64,000 nucleotides of DNA, taken from Eledone cirrhosa (Eukaryota). The stretch spans positions 52,514,001 to 52,578,000 of the forward strand of contig OZ024741.1 in assembly GCA_964016885.1 (NCBI GenBank), read 5' to 3'. How positions within the stretch are numbered: the stretch's first letter is position 1; every line of letters starts with the position of its first letter. The notes below the pieces were generated by a model. It saw only the letters and a program-made list of their open reading frames with translations. It was not told where the DNA came from and ran no database searches. The translations under genes were made by a program, and so were the position numbers. Positions 1 to 13,650 of this stretch are shown one piece after another.

Positions 1-700
1 CCATAAACTCACAATCACCACCATCAGCACCAACAGCACCACCACCACGACCAGCACCATCACCACGACCACAACCACCACCAATAATAACTACAACTTC
101 ATCAGCTCCCCACGTAAACTCACTACCACCACACCACACCGCAACACACCACACCACACCACACCACACGACATCATACCACTACCACACCACCACCACC
201 ACCAATAATAACAACTTCTCTAGTATTCCCCCATAAGCCCACTACCACCACACCACCACCACCACAACTACCACCACACCACCAGCACCACCAGCACCAC
301 CACCAGCACCACCAGCACCGCCACACCACACCACTACCACCACCACCAATAATAACTTCTCTAGTATTCCCCCATAAGCCCACTACCTAGACCACCACCA
401 CCACCACCAGCACAACTACCCCCATACCACCAGCACCACCAGTACCACCAGCACCACCAGCACCACCAGCACCACCAACACCACCACCAATAATAACTTC
501 TCTAGTATTCCCCCATAAGCTCACTACCTCCACCACCACCACCACCACTACCACACTACCGCCACCACTACAACCACTACCTCCACCACTACCACCACTA
601 CCACACCACCACTACCACCACCACCACAACCTCCACCACTACCACACCACCACTACCACCACCACCACAACCTCCACCACTACCACACCACCACCACCAC

Positions 701-732
<32 letters not shown>

Positions 733-1380
733 CACCACCACCACCACCACCACCACCACCGCCACCACCGCCACCGCCGCCACCACCACCACCACCACCA
801 CCACTACCACCACCACCACCGCCACCACCGCCACCACCGCCACCGCCACCACCACCACCACCACCACTACCACCACCACCACCGCCACCACCGCCACCGC
901 CACCACCGCCACCGCCGCCACCACCACCGCCACCACCACCGCTACCACCACCACCACCACCACCACCGCCACCACCGCCACCGCCACCACCACCACCACC
1001 ACCACTACCACCACCACCACCACCGCCGCCGCCACCACCACCACCACCACCACTACCACCACCACCACCGCCACCACCGCCACCACCGCCACCGCCACCA
1101 CCACCACCACCACCACCACTACCACCACCACCACCACCACCACCGCCACCACCGCCACCGCCACCACCGCCACCGCCGCCACCACCACCGCCACCACCAC
1201 CGCTACCACCACCACCACCACCACCACCGCCACCACCGCCACCGCCACCACCACCACCACCACCACTACCACCACCACCACCGCCACCGCCACCACCACC
1301 ACCACCACCACCACTACCACCACCACCACCACCACCGCCAATAATAACAACTTCACTAGCATTCCCCCATAAGCCCGCTA
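1..1380. repeat. (CAC/CGC)n trinucleotide tract with interspersed copies of a ~40 bp unit (ACCAATAATAACTTCTCTAGTATTCCCCCATAAGCCCACTAC)
   Basis: Seen directly; unit recurs near 203, 346, 488 and 1338. Confidence 0.9.
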
Positions 1381-1914
1381 CAATTCATCACAGTTAAAAT
1401 CTACATGTAAAACCTCAACAGTACCATTACCGCCACCGCCAACATACCCCATAAGCTACTACATAAATTAAAATAACTATAATAATAAACAACAACAACA
1501 ACAACAACAGCAGCAGCAGAAAGAAGAGCAGCAACTGCAACAACAACAACAACAGCAGCAGCAACAGTAACAACAGCAGATGCAATACAATCAGCCAGCA
1601 CAATAGAACATAACAGGAATGTTTCAAATTTAGTTTCATGGGAAACGGAAATATATTTAGACCAAACAAGTGAATAATTGAAAATTATTATTATTCAATA
1701 ATAATAATTTGAATAAAGCAACAAACGAATAAATAGATAAAGAAAGTAAAGGAAGAAGAATGAAGAAATGAAAACGAAAGTGAAACTAGATACTCAGGCA
1801 GAGAAGCCCACAATGCATTCGTTTCCTGTTTATGCTCTTTTTGACTCTTTACAAGGCGGTATAATGGGTTGGCAGGTACTGGCATGTGGGGTGTGGATTC
1901 CATGAATGAGCATA

Positions 1915-2736
1915 TTATGTGTGTATGAATATGTGTATGTATGTATGTATGTATGTATGTATGTATGTATGTATGTATGTATGTGTGTATGAATATGTGT
2001 ATGTATGTATGTGTATATGTATGTATGTGTGTATGAATATGTGTATGTATGTATGTATGTATGTATGTATGTATGTATGTATGTATGTATGTATCTGTGT
2101 ATGAATATGTGTATGTATGTATGTATGTGTGTATGAATGTGTATGTATGTGTGTATGTATGTATGTATGTATGTATGTATGTATGTATGTATGTATGTGT
2201 GTATGAATACGTGTATGTATGTATGTATGTATGTGTGTATGAATATGTGTATGTATGTGTATATGTATGTATGTGTGTATGAATATGTGTATGTATGTAT
2301 GTATGTGTGTAAATATGTGTATGTATGTATGTATGTATGTATGTATGTATGTATGTATGTATGTATGTATGTATGTATGTGTGTATGAATGTATGTATGT
2401 ATGTATGTATGTATGTATGTATGTATGTATGTATGTTTGTATGTATGTATGTATGTATGTATGTATGTATGTATGTATGTATGTATGCGTGTATGTGTGT
2501 GTGTGTATGTATGTATTTATATATGCATGTGCGAGTGTATGTGTATATGCATTTATGTATGTATGCATGCATTCATATTTGTATGTATGCATGTATGCAT
2601 GTATGCATCCGTGTATGCATACATGTCTGTATATATATATCTGTATATATATATGAGTTCATGTATCTACATATACATGTATATAGGTATGTCTGCTGCA
2701 TGTATGCATGCATACATGTATATTTACATATGTATA

Positions 2737-2765
<29 letters not shown>
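1915..2765. repeat. (TATG)n microsatellite
   Basis: Seen directly. Confidence 0.95.
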
Positions 2766-2767
<2 letters not shown>

Positions 2768-3039
2768 TAGTGGGTATGTGTGTTTTCTGCCTATGTGCGT
2801 ATATGAACGTAAAATTGAGGAGGAGTTATGTATGTTAAATGATGAAGCATACATGCGTACTTGCGCATGTGCGCATTCCACACACATACACATGCATACA
2901 CACACATACATACACACACACATACACATACTCTCAGACACCGAGTGTGTCCATATAAAGAAATGCAATTGCTGACATGCCTATACATTAGTTACGCTTT
3001 TTAACTATGGTATATATATGCATGTTTGCTGTGTGGACA

Positions 3040-3129
<90 letters not shown>

Positions 3130-3266
3130 TAATATATATTATATATATCTATATAAAGATATATATATCTTTAAATAGATATAGATATATATCTTTATAT
3201 ATATATATATATATAAATATATACATATATATATATATATATATACATATATACATATATATATAA

Positions 3267-3307
<41 letters not shown>

Positions 3308-3315
3308 TATACATA

Positions 3316-3349
<34 letters not shown>

Positions 3350-3385
3350 ATATAAGATCAAAAGATGGTTAAAGGAGTTCCATGT

Positions 3386-3454
3386 ATTTTATTATGCGCA
3401 TTTCAAAAACAAACATCATCATGCAATAATATTTGTGTCTTCATCAGATAAAAC
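3386..3454 (-). ncRNA. Type I hammerhead ribozyme (mirror copy)
   Basis: Reverse complement of the 3575-3644 motif with intact core. Confidence 0.78.
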
Positions 3455-3574
3455 AGGAGAACATGATATGAAAGCTAAAAAACACCTGTGGACAGTGCAG
3501 TTTTAAATCAACATATGTTGATTTAAAACTGCACTGTCCACAGGTGTTTTTTAGCCTTCATATCATGTTCTCCT

Positions 3575-3644
3575 GTTTTATCTGATGAAAACACAAATAT
3601 TATTGCATGATGATGTTTGTTTTTTGAAATGCGCATAATAAAAT
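3575..3644 (+). ncRNA. Type I hammerhead ribozyme
   Basis: Stem I TTTTAT/ATAAAA, core CTGATGA (3582-3588), paired stem II, GAAA (3626-3629), palindromic stem III TGCGCA, cleavage triplet AUA. Confidence 0.8.
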
Positions 3645-3766
3645 ACATGGAACTCCTTTAACCATCTTTTGATCTTATATTATGTATACTCCTGTCCTAC
3701 AAACTGTAGAGTGCTTCTTATCCGATATCTGCATTGCTTTATTGTACTACAATAAAACTCACCTCC

Positions 3767-3862
<96 letters not shown>

Positions 3863-3883
3863 AATATATATATATATAAATAA

Positions 3884-4199
<316 letters not shown>

Positions 4200-4479
4200 G
4201 CTTTAAAATAGTTACTTTAAATGTGTGGCACATATTCCACAATACTGTTGTGGTCACAAATAATACTTCTTCGATGTCTGACTTCTTGTAGAGCTTTCAC
4301 TGTAGAAGTCAGTTTAATACATTCCAACCTCATGGAATATAAAACCACAAGTTAGGATATACTTGAACTTTGTGTTGTGGACCAATAAATAACTCATGAA
4401 TTTCACAGTAGTTTAGCTTTTGTGGCATATAATTTCCTATAGACTAATGGAAAATTCGAGTGTGGTAGTCACTTATTAA

Positions 4480-4680
4480 TACGAGGGTTGGCAAAATGTT
4501 CATAGGCTGACCAAGATACTCTCATGGAATGACCAAATGAGGTATATTTTTCAACATAGTCCCTGTAAAGAAACAATGCTATTATTAATAAGAACAATTG
4601 AAATTAATGTATGCAGGATTTCACAACTCTAGCATCACTCCTCCATAGTCTGCCTATGGACATTTTAGCTCCCCCTCATA
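4480..4680. mobile_element. Mariner-type MITE
   Basis: TA-flanked degenerate TIRs TACGAGGG..AAAATGTTCATAGG / CCTATGGACATTTT..CCCTCATA. Confidence 0.65.
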
Positions 4681-5115
4681 TCTGTTTGTCTACGAAAATG
4701 TAGGCTGTGGTATTCAATCTGTGGATTCAAGTTACTTTACTACTGACCCTAGGCGGTCAACAACGACAAAAAATGGATTAAAAGCTTGTTATAATTTGAT
4801 TTCAGTTTTAACGAGAATAAGACCTTTGCGCCCGAAATCTTGATAACCTGAAAAGAAAATTATATATATGCGCACATTACCTCTTTACACATTTTCTCGC
4901 CCCCACCACACACGGCGACAAATGATATATTAACGTACGGGGAATATATGATGGTGTTGACCTCAAACCGTTGCAGTCCTTATACACTGACCTTTTTATC
5001 TCTTTGTAGACTCTCATCTAGTTAATCATACTTCCACCAACTTGGTTCTGATTTCAATTTTGCTTTTATTACCAATTACATGGTATTATTATAATTATTA
5101 TAATTATTATTAAAG

Positions 5116-5335
5116 GGTGGTGGATTGGCAGTATCCGTAGAGCTTCGGACAACATACTTTGTGGCATATAGTTACGTCCTTTTACGTTCTAAGTTCAAAT
5201 CTCGCTGAGATTAGTTTTGCTTCTCATCCTTACGGAGTCGATAAATAAAGTACCAGTAATGCACTGGTGTCGATTTAATCAACTTTCTCCTCCCCCAAAA
5301 TTGTTGGCCTTGTGCCTAAACCAGAAGCCATTATG
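5116..5335 (+). mobile_element. tRNA-derived SINE, family A
   Basis: GGTGGATTGGCAGTATC A-box-like head, GTTCAAATC B box, conserved body, (TTA) tail; many copies in window. Confidence 0.85.
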
Positions 5336-5345
5336 ATTATCACTG

Positions 5346-5537
5346 CGGTGGATTGGCAGTATCGGTAGAGGGTCGAACGCCATGCTTTGTAGCATAGAGT
5401 TACACCCATTTCGGTCTGAGTTCAAATCTCGCCAAGGTTAACTTTGCCTTTCATCCTTACGGGGTCGATAAAATAAAGTACCAGTAATACACTGAGATAA
5501 TGCTGGCCTTATGCCAAAAGTAGAAACAATTATTATT
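5346..5537 (+). mobile_element. tRNA-derived SINE, family A
   Basis: Tandem copy of the same family. Confidence 0.85.
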
Positions 5538-5552
5538 AGTCTTATTTTTATT

Positions 5553-7298
5553 ATGCATCGTCACCGCATTACCGAGTGTAACTCTGTGTGGCATGGATAG
5601 GTGTAGTGTGGCTTTTGGTGGTGTTGTTTCTATTGTATCGAGAGTACTCTTCCTAATATGTGTGTTGTGCTTAGAATTGCTATTTTTGTATGCTGTATAT
5701 AATTATAAGTCTTTGGGATTTGGTTATGTATCTGTCTGTGTTTTTTTTATTATTCCCAAAGCACCTATTATTATAGGTTTTGTTTGTTTTCATCATCCAC
5801 ATTCAGATTATTTCTATCGTTGGATTCTTTGTGCCGTGCCTTTGTAAGTATTTGTTGTTTTAAGCATTCCTTAGTCTCCGGGATTTCCTTTTCTGTTATA
5901 TTATATCTCTTTAGTATTTTTATTTTATTTTCTATTCTTATTTTTGTTGTTTTCTTCCCTACTTCATTTACGATCGAAAGGTCTTTTCTATAGTCTTCTA
6001 TCATTTTCGTATCTCTGATTTCCATGTTTATGTGGGTTTTGTTTTTCTTACTTGTGTAGATCTAAAGGGGTACCCACTTTCTTTTGTAACAATAGCAGCT
6101 GCTGCATATACTATATTATTTAGCCTTGAGATACTAATCTTTTTATTCTTATTTATTAAGTCTATGATAGCTAGATTAGCCTTGTTTTACAACTGTTGTT
6201 ATTTTATTATTAATTTTTATGTTTGTGAGGTGTATTCTTTGGTCCATAGTTAGATCTTCCTATTGTTTGGAGTTCTTGGATTATTTCCAGCTTCATCCTT
6301 TTGTGATCTTGAATTTCATTTTAGGGTTTCCTTTTCCTATATCTTTTCCATCAATTTCTTTCCATTTGTATTTTTGGTTGTGTTGTCCTGAATCTGTTTT
6401 GTTGTTCAGTACTCTGTATATCTTGTAGTGTTGGGGTTTGTTGTGTTTTGTGGTTTACTTGGATATGTTGGTTTTTTCTTCATGTTTTAAATTCTCAATA
6501 TGTTTATATTCGTTAGTTGTTTTCTGTTGGTTATTTGTGTTTTTGTTGTGTATTCGTTCATTTAAGTGCTCTATTTATTTTATTTTTAATATGTATCTCC
6601 TTAAATTTGCTAGTTTGTTGGGTTCGAGTTTTAAATCAGAGTGTGGGTTGCTTTTTTGCCAGATTTTATTTATGTGTGTTGTTTTCACTTTTAGGGTATA
6701 GTGTTGCCGTAAAATAACCGTGTAGAATCGAAGCATATCCCTCTTGTGTCCATTTGTATATTTTTGATTTCCTTTGTAGCACTTGAGGCGTAAAGTTCGG
6801 CCCATCATTTAGAATGTTATCATTTTTGTCGGGTATCGGCCTATGCGCTTCTAAACATGTACGTGTTTTCACGCATGGGTCTTCGTACAATTTTTTCTTA
6901 AGTTCAAAGATAGAATATCTATACATCTATATGATTCTTTTCTATACATGTTTCGTTATTTTTATAATATAAGCTCTTGCGATACAATCGATACATTTTA
7001 TGGTACATTCATTGGTATTCCTTTTTTGTTTTTTCTCTATTTCGTTTTTGTTTTTGTTGTAAATTATCTGCGTTGTGTTGTGGCAGTTTTAAACTTGTTG
7101 TATTTTTTGCACACGATTCCAATGTTAACAAAGGAATTTATGAGATAGGGAAAATCCATAAATAAAATATATTTTTGGTATGGCTCGCTGGTTCTTGTCT
7201 AACATATTCATCTTCGTTTTCTGGTTATATTTACCATTATTTCGTAGCTGCGGAGAGCTTCATTATAGGTGTCTATGATGTTATTCATCCCGAGCCTA
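5553..7298 (-). mobile_element. Degenerate Dong/R4-like non-LTR retrotransposon, mostly N-terminal region
   Basis: Frameshifted peptides KWTQEGYASILHGYFTATLYP and IWQKSNP...PNKLANLRRYILK resemble the Dong/R4 N-terminus; 5' end abuts (TAA)n, the known Dong target. Confidence 0.6.
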
Positions 7299-7309
7299 TT
7301 ATTATTATT

Positions 7310-7517
7310 ATGGCAGTATCGGTAGAGCGTCGGACAGCATGCTTTACAGCATAGAGTTATGGCCCTTTACACTCTGAGTTCAAATCCCGCCGAGATTAGT
7401 TTTGCCTTTCATCCTTATGGAATCGATAAAATAAAGCACCAGTAATGCACTGGGGTTGATTTAATCGACTTTCCCTCCATCAAATTGATGGCCTTGTGCC
7501 TATAGTAGAAATCATTA
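7310..7517 (+). mobile_element. tRNA-derived SINE, family A
   Basis: Matches other copies. Confidence 0.85.
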
Positions 7518-7527
7518 TTTTTTTCGT

Positions 7528-9500
7528 GCCTCGACACAACGTGTTATATCGCTCCGTAAGTTTGTTGCTCTTTTACATTGTTATACAACGGTTTAGATTG
7601 AACATTTATTGCTGATTTATAGTTAAACTAACCAGGATCTTTGTGAGCTGGTTAGTTTTTCTCTATTTTAACAATTGAGGGATAAACTCATGTTTGTTTT
7701 TCAAATACACCCTTCAGGTTTTTAGGGGAAACGATGACGGACGAAGAGTGAGCTCAGCCAGTTGTTCACAAAATGGAAGAACCGAAGGGCAATCAAAGCA
7801 GAAAGCATCGATAACAGTAGCAGCAGCAAATAGAAGGAAAACTACAACAAAACAGCACAAAAATGCATGAAAACTATGAAATCAATTTTCCAGCAATTGA
7901 AAACTTCAACACCGCTGTTGCTTTCACCGGAGCAAAATAATATCAAGACAACAAAATCCACAACAACAGTAACACGAACACTGCTACCACCACCAACACC
8001 ATTACCAACACCATAACCAACACCACTGCAATAACAAATATAATAGAAACAACGAAATAACAATAACACAGACAACAATGGCAACACAAATCGCAACGAC
8101 AACAATGATGTAGTAACGGCTGTAAAAACTACACAAATATTTAATATAGACTTCATGAACGAAAGCACCTGGTTGGCACGAGCGATTGAACTTGTAAAAT
8201 AGCCGTCCTGCCCAAGACATTGGCAGTAACTGCAAAAAAAAAAAGAAAGTAAGAAATACATGACCCGATGTATTTCGGCAAAACCCAAACAACAGGAGAA
8301 AGAAACTCCACCAGAAGTAAAAAGAACACTGAAAAAAATATTACTGGGCATATTGCTGGAATCTGGCAATTTGGAAGGATTTCAGTACTCCTCAACAGTG
8401 AAACCCTGGCTGCAAAAATCTGTATGGTCTCCTGTCAGAGTGGACAATACATTGTTCATCCGGCGTATTTAGGGAGAATGACCGTGAATGTCAGAATTTC
8501 GGGATAGTTGGACATCTGGTGACTCCTGGCTTACGTGGTCCTAAATAGAATTGACACCCTTTTCGAAGTGAGAAAAACCTAGCGACAAATCAATCTGGGA
8601 TCAGTGTGGAGGTGCTCCTCTACATCAAACAGGAAAAGGCGGACAAGATCCCATACCTTATTCGCTTGCCGGGTGGGGTAGAACTCTATGCCGAGGTTGA
8701 GGGCAGAAAGCCTCGTTGACAATCATGTGGTCAAGTAAACCTCTTTCTGCCCCGAAGAAGACAGCGGTCAACAGGACCCCCTGCTGTCAACTTCAGGTAC
8801 CCAACAGCCACAAAAATAACAAAATCCGTGACCCACAATAACACCGGAAGCACTAACTCCGATAACACCAGCAGTCCCAAAGGAAGTCGAAGTAACAACA
8901 CCTGGAGCAATAGCAGCACCAACACCAACAGCACCGGCAACACTAGCACTACCACCCACCACCACCACCGCCGACAACAACACCGGATTGAACAAAATAA
9001 TAAAGAGACACACCCAGGGATCCTCCCAACCCACCTTATCAGCCCCTCTCTCTTCCTCCCCCAAACAAACGTACACACATAGACACCCACACAAACATAC
9101 TCCTGTACCCTCCTGAATCAGATTTCTCAAACACAAGTACCTCCTCATCTCGGAAAAAACAAAACAAAACAAAACAATTTGTCTCACACTACCATACCCG
9201 CCAGAAAACAGAGAATACACTCACAGTAAATACAGACACATCTAAAACTACACCAACCCCACCAACACCACAACCGTCAACACCAACACCGCCTCTACCA
9301 CCACCAACAACACTACCAGAAACGCAACTACCCGCAAAATGAAAATATATACAACAACCAGCCACACAGACACCGAAATTATTGCTTCTGAGAAAGGTAG
9401 AAAACAAATATGTCTCATAACACAAAGTGAAAAAAAAAAATATATTGAAGCAGAGGAGGCGAATTTTAGCACCACCACCTTCAAGTGCAACACATCCCTT
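7528..9500 (+). mobile_element. Degenerate Tx1-like 5'UTR/ORF1
   Basis: YIVHPAYLGRMTVNVRISG and LYAEVEGRKPR*QSCG parallel PSYCGQRLVKIRVT and VIVEGRRPRCVVCG in the ORF1 at 36.6-38.0 kb; P/T-rich tail follows. Confidence 0.55.
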
Positions 9501-9539
9501 TAATAGTGTGCATGTCTATAGAGGCGCATGTCTGAGAGA

Positions 9540-10250
9540 GAGCTTCCCTAACGACTTGGGGACCCCTAATGTAAAACCCATCAGTAGGCTTTTCAATAGG
9601 ATCACAAAGGAACCACAACCAGATATGGAAGCTTTCGGTTAATGCAAATTGATCAGAGCCTCACCGAAGCCAGGTTTACTCTCTACTCTCTCTATGATGT
9701 TGCGCATGAGGTGCAGGCTGTCATGTATGGACCTGGTTGGGATTGCATACGTCTGCGCCTCCCCTATAATGTTCTCGACAACAAGCGCCAAACTCGTTGC
9801 TAGCAACTTGACCTTGGTTAGCAGAATTATGGGTCTGAAGTTATCTATAACGTCCTTTTTTTCTTGTCTTTCCTCATCAGTGTTTATACGCTCCGACACA
9901 CAGAACTAGGAATTCAGCCGTGCTGCAGCCAGTTGCAGAAGACTGCTTCGAGGTGATCGGAGAACAAATCTGGTATGTCTCCATAAAATCCATATAACCG
10001 GGGCCATACAAACCGGCCATACAAACCGGCCATACAAACCGGGTGATTTGCACCTCGTACGGTCGGCCAGGGTTTCCCGAATGTCAGCTACCGTGAACGG
10101 CTTTTCGCAGCATTCTGTATCTCTCACCGTCGAGGTAGGAACGCAAATCCATCACCATCTCCGAACCTCACTCTCAGAACAGCTATGCGAAGTACTGGCG
10201 AATAGCCGTACCCACCTGCTTGGTAACGACCAGCACACGTTCTTGAACAT
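9540..10250 (-). mobile_element. Degenerate Tx1 ORF2 (RT) fragment
   Basis: ECCEKPFTVADIRE, DNFRPIILL and IHDSLHLMRNIIERV align with ORF2 at 38-41 kb. Confidence 0.8.
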
Positions 10251-10726
10251 GAGAAATATTCATCAACAACTGTATGTAATCATTTCTGCGCAGTATACCG
10301 ACATAATAGGAACCACAAGGACATCTTTCACTTTTCAAAGATATAAACTACAAACATTATGTCCTTCAACGTTACACACTATGGTGTACAAATACCTAAT
10401 ATATCTGTAAATACTTCCTAGAACTAATATGATGGATACCACATTTCAGTCATATTCAACCTTTAAAACATCCATCTGCAACTACATGCAATTTCCGATA
10501 ATATTCACAGAACAATATCAAGGGGAATCATTTAACGATATGTAACAGAGAGGTTGTCGCCTCAGGTTTGTCTCTAAACTCCTACTCATAACTCTCATTT
10601 TTCCTCGCAATTCGCCGAACAGCCATTTTAAACATTAAGGTCTGTAGATTACCAAGCTGATGTAGAGATATACGACGGCTAATGAAAATAATCTGCACCC
10701 TATATGAAACCAAACGGTAATATATA

Positions 10727-10865
10727 ATTGTTTCTACTTTTGGCACAAGGCCAGCAAATAGCCAGTGTATTACTGGTACTTTATTTTATCGACCCCGTAA
10801 GGATGAAAGGCAAAGTTAACCTCGGTGGGATTTGAACTCAGAATGGCAACGGCCGTAACTCAATA
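10727..10865 (-). mobile_element. SINE family A, partial
   Basis: Reverse complement of SINE body including B box. Confidence 0.8.
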
Positions 10866-11122
10866 TTATATAATGATATTTTAAATATCGTTATTATTTA
10901 ACTATATAACTCACTACTGTAGAGCTCTCCCACGTCAATGATGAATTATATAAATGAACAAAACACTTTATTTCTCCTTGCTCCACCTGCCTGGATTTGC
11001 GACCGGTAGATAGTATTAGCATTTGGAAAAACCAATGGAAACATTGTTTCTTCGGGCCGATTTGACGAGCTTTAGCCGATTAGTTAAGCAAATGAGGTCT
11101 GGGATATTGTTGATCGACTATC

Positions 11123-11154
<32 letters not shown>

Positions 11155-11299
11155 GTATATATACACACACAGATATATATATGTGTGCATGTGTGTGTAT
11201 ATGTATATATACGTTTAAAGGATCAACGCAGAAGAAATTTGTCAAGAAGATTTAAAGACCAATATGTTTTGTATTACTGCAATTATTGTTACTAATAAA

Positions 11300-11627
11300 G
11301 GCGCGTGGCTTTGTGGTTAGGGAATTCAGCTCACAATTGTGAGGTCGTGTGTTAGATTCTCGGCAGCACATTGTGTCCTTGAGCAAGACACTTTATTTCA
11401 CGTTGCTCCAGTCCATTCAGCTGGCAAAAATGAAATGTACCTGTAATTCGAAGGTCCAGCCTTGTCTGTCACATTCTCTTTTACGCTGAATCTCCCTGAG
11501 AACTACGATAAGGGTACGCGTGTCAGTGGAATTCTCAGCCACTTGCACGTGAATTTCACGAGCAGGTTGTTCTGTTGTTTGGATCGACTGGAACACTCGC
11601 CGTCGTAACCAATAGAGTCCCAGTTAA
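11300..11627 (+). mobile_element. tRNA-derived SINE, family B
   Basis: GGCGCGTGGCTTTGTGGTTAGG head and TTGTGTCCTTGAGCAAGACACTTTATTTCACGTTGCTCCAGT core. Confidence 0.75.
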
Positions 11628-12420
11628 AAACTTTTTAATAACATTTCTACTGCTACCACTACTACTACTACTGCTGCTGTAGCTACTACTACTACTACTA
11701 CTACTTCAACAACAACAACAACAACAACAACGAGAGAGAGAGAGCAGTGTCTGTGTCTATCTACACAGATGTACTGCAAGAGATAGCCTCTCAAGGCACA
11801 CGCTACCGTCCAAAACCAATAACAATAACAAATTTAGGTAAACGGTTTTTCATTAAAAAAGAAATGTATAAGAGTACTCTATTCTCGAGAATCCTTCTCG
11901 AAGACAGCGAAGACTAAATTAACTAAAGAAGAAACACGTATATTGCTTGAATTGGGCCAATTATTTTCCAATAGATTTCGTTTTTAACTAACATACTTCA
12001 AAATTAGGGAGAACTATAACCATCTTTTAAAATTATTTATTCATTTATTTTAAATTATATTTCCATTCTGAAGACACTTCACATTTTTTCCCTTCACACG
12101 TGTCTGAGCAAATATAAATATAGGAAATAACATTTTTATTCTGATTTATAATAGTATATACGTCCGATGTAAGTAGATTAAATTTTCACGTTTGTTTTTT
12201 ACTTTTCTTTTGTTTGTGTAATTTATTTTTGTTGGGGTAGTTTTTTTTTACGCATAACATGCCAGAAGTGTCATAAAATGCATAAATTATTGCACAAACA
12301 TATACACCCACGCAAACGCGCATATATATATATATATATAACGAAGGAAATGTGGTAAGGAACTAGGTGGACCATAACGCACCAAAGTACTCAATACTTG
12401 AGGTAGTAGAGTGGGTAATA

Positions 12421-12532
12421 GGAACCAGTAAGACCCCGACAGCTGAGCTCAAGCCGTTTCGACGGCTAATTCTGGACTAAATGAAAATTTATCCTGGTAT
12501 TTAAATAGCCGATCTTCTCAAGGGGTAATTCC
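12421..12532 (-). ncRNA. Type I hammerhead ribozyme, U3-A8 variant
   Basis: Reverse complement of 17881-17992. Confidence 0.7.
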
Positions 12533-13650
12533 ATATATGGTCAAAGTGATTGTCAAAAATCAGTAGTAATTCTGTGGTTGCAAATTAGTAGGGGAGATGG
12601 TGGCTAAACCTGCCAGTAGGAGAAAGAGGGGAGGGGTGGAGTAGCCCCAATCAAGCGTTTGTAGTGCCAGCTACAGCTGGGCATGAGGTCAAAGAAGATA
12701 CAGGGGAGGGGGAGGGGGAGGAAGTCGGAACGGTAGGTAGAACAATGGAGGGTAGAAATATATAGGAAAGAAAAAATACTGAGAGTGAAGAAAAGCAAAT
12801 AAGTGTAAAGAAAAACAAATGAGTGTAAAGAAAAAATTAAAGTAAATTAAATTCTACGACCTAGGTCTCTAGCTATTGTTAGTCTAGAATAAATAAATAA
12901 AGAAAGAAAGAAAGAAGTAAAGAAAGAAATAAAGAAATAACGAAATAAGTAAAAGAACTAGGTGGGACGGATAGGCGAGGACCCTTTTAAGAGGTATAAG
13001 TACGTAAATGATACGGTGACGGGTCAACAAAAGGGGCCAAAATACTAAAGAGACTACCACGAAATAAACAATAAAGGTTTCCATCCCGGGCACAATTCCA
13101 GCAACCACCCAGTGCAGCAAAGTGAACTAATACGAGATAATAATTCTGAGTCCCGAGAAAAATATATACTAATGCTAACTCTAAAAGATCTAAAACAAGC
13201 TACATGAAAGTTCGTACGAAGTAAAGGTAGAATACGGAAGAATAAATTCAGAATCCACCCCGCCCAAAAGAAAAGCGAAGAAAGAAATACTGAAACGAAA
13301 AAATAAGGCATAAGTGCCACTAAGAAATATAGAGGGCACAGAGAATAGTGGGAGCGGTCGGAAAAAGGGGACAAGTATCCGGGGTCTAAACCAACTGCTA
13401 TAAAGGGCAGAGTCCGCCAAATCTATCCTAGACTAGGGGAGGGGGTGGGGGTGCTAAGGCTACAAGGGGCCAAAGGGCAGCCTCGGGTGGGCGAGAAAAG
13501 ACGCCGACAAAGGAGAAGAGCTGGGGTAGAAGGACTAAGGAGAGAGGGGGGAAGGAAGTAAATCAAGGAAGCGATAAAAGAATACAAAGAAGATCTTACG
13601 TCTCCCTTGGCAAGCAGGGGTTACTCATTGCAAAATCGGCAAGTGGGGTG

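Larger units (their letters stand above)
3347..3767 (+). mobile_element. Non-autonomous PLE-derived hairpin element: 337 bp palindrome (apex 3514/3515) plus ~84 bp one-sided tail, inserted in (TA)n
   Basis: Arms 3347-3514 and 3515-3683 are reverse complements with few mismatches; each arm holds a hammerhead motif; (TA)n on both sides. Confidence 0.8.

Noticed and set aside
5116-5200. tRNA-like A/B boxes
   Set aside because: These are SINE heads; no cloverleaf, and they run into a conserved SINE body
12060-12130. CTGAAGA followed by a GACAC/GTGTC stem
   Set aside because: No GAAA or stem III in the right place; too decayed to call
12604-13420. Hydrophobic ORFs in the PLE 3'UTR (mirrored at 16779-17809)
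   Set aside because: T-rich UTR translations duplicated only because of the palindrome
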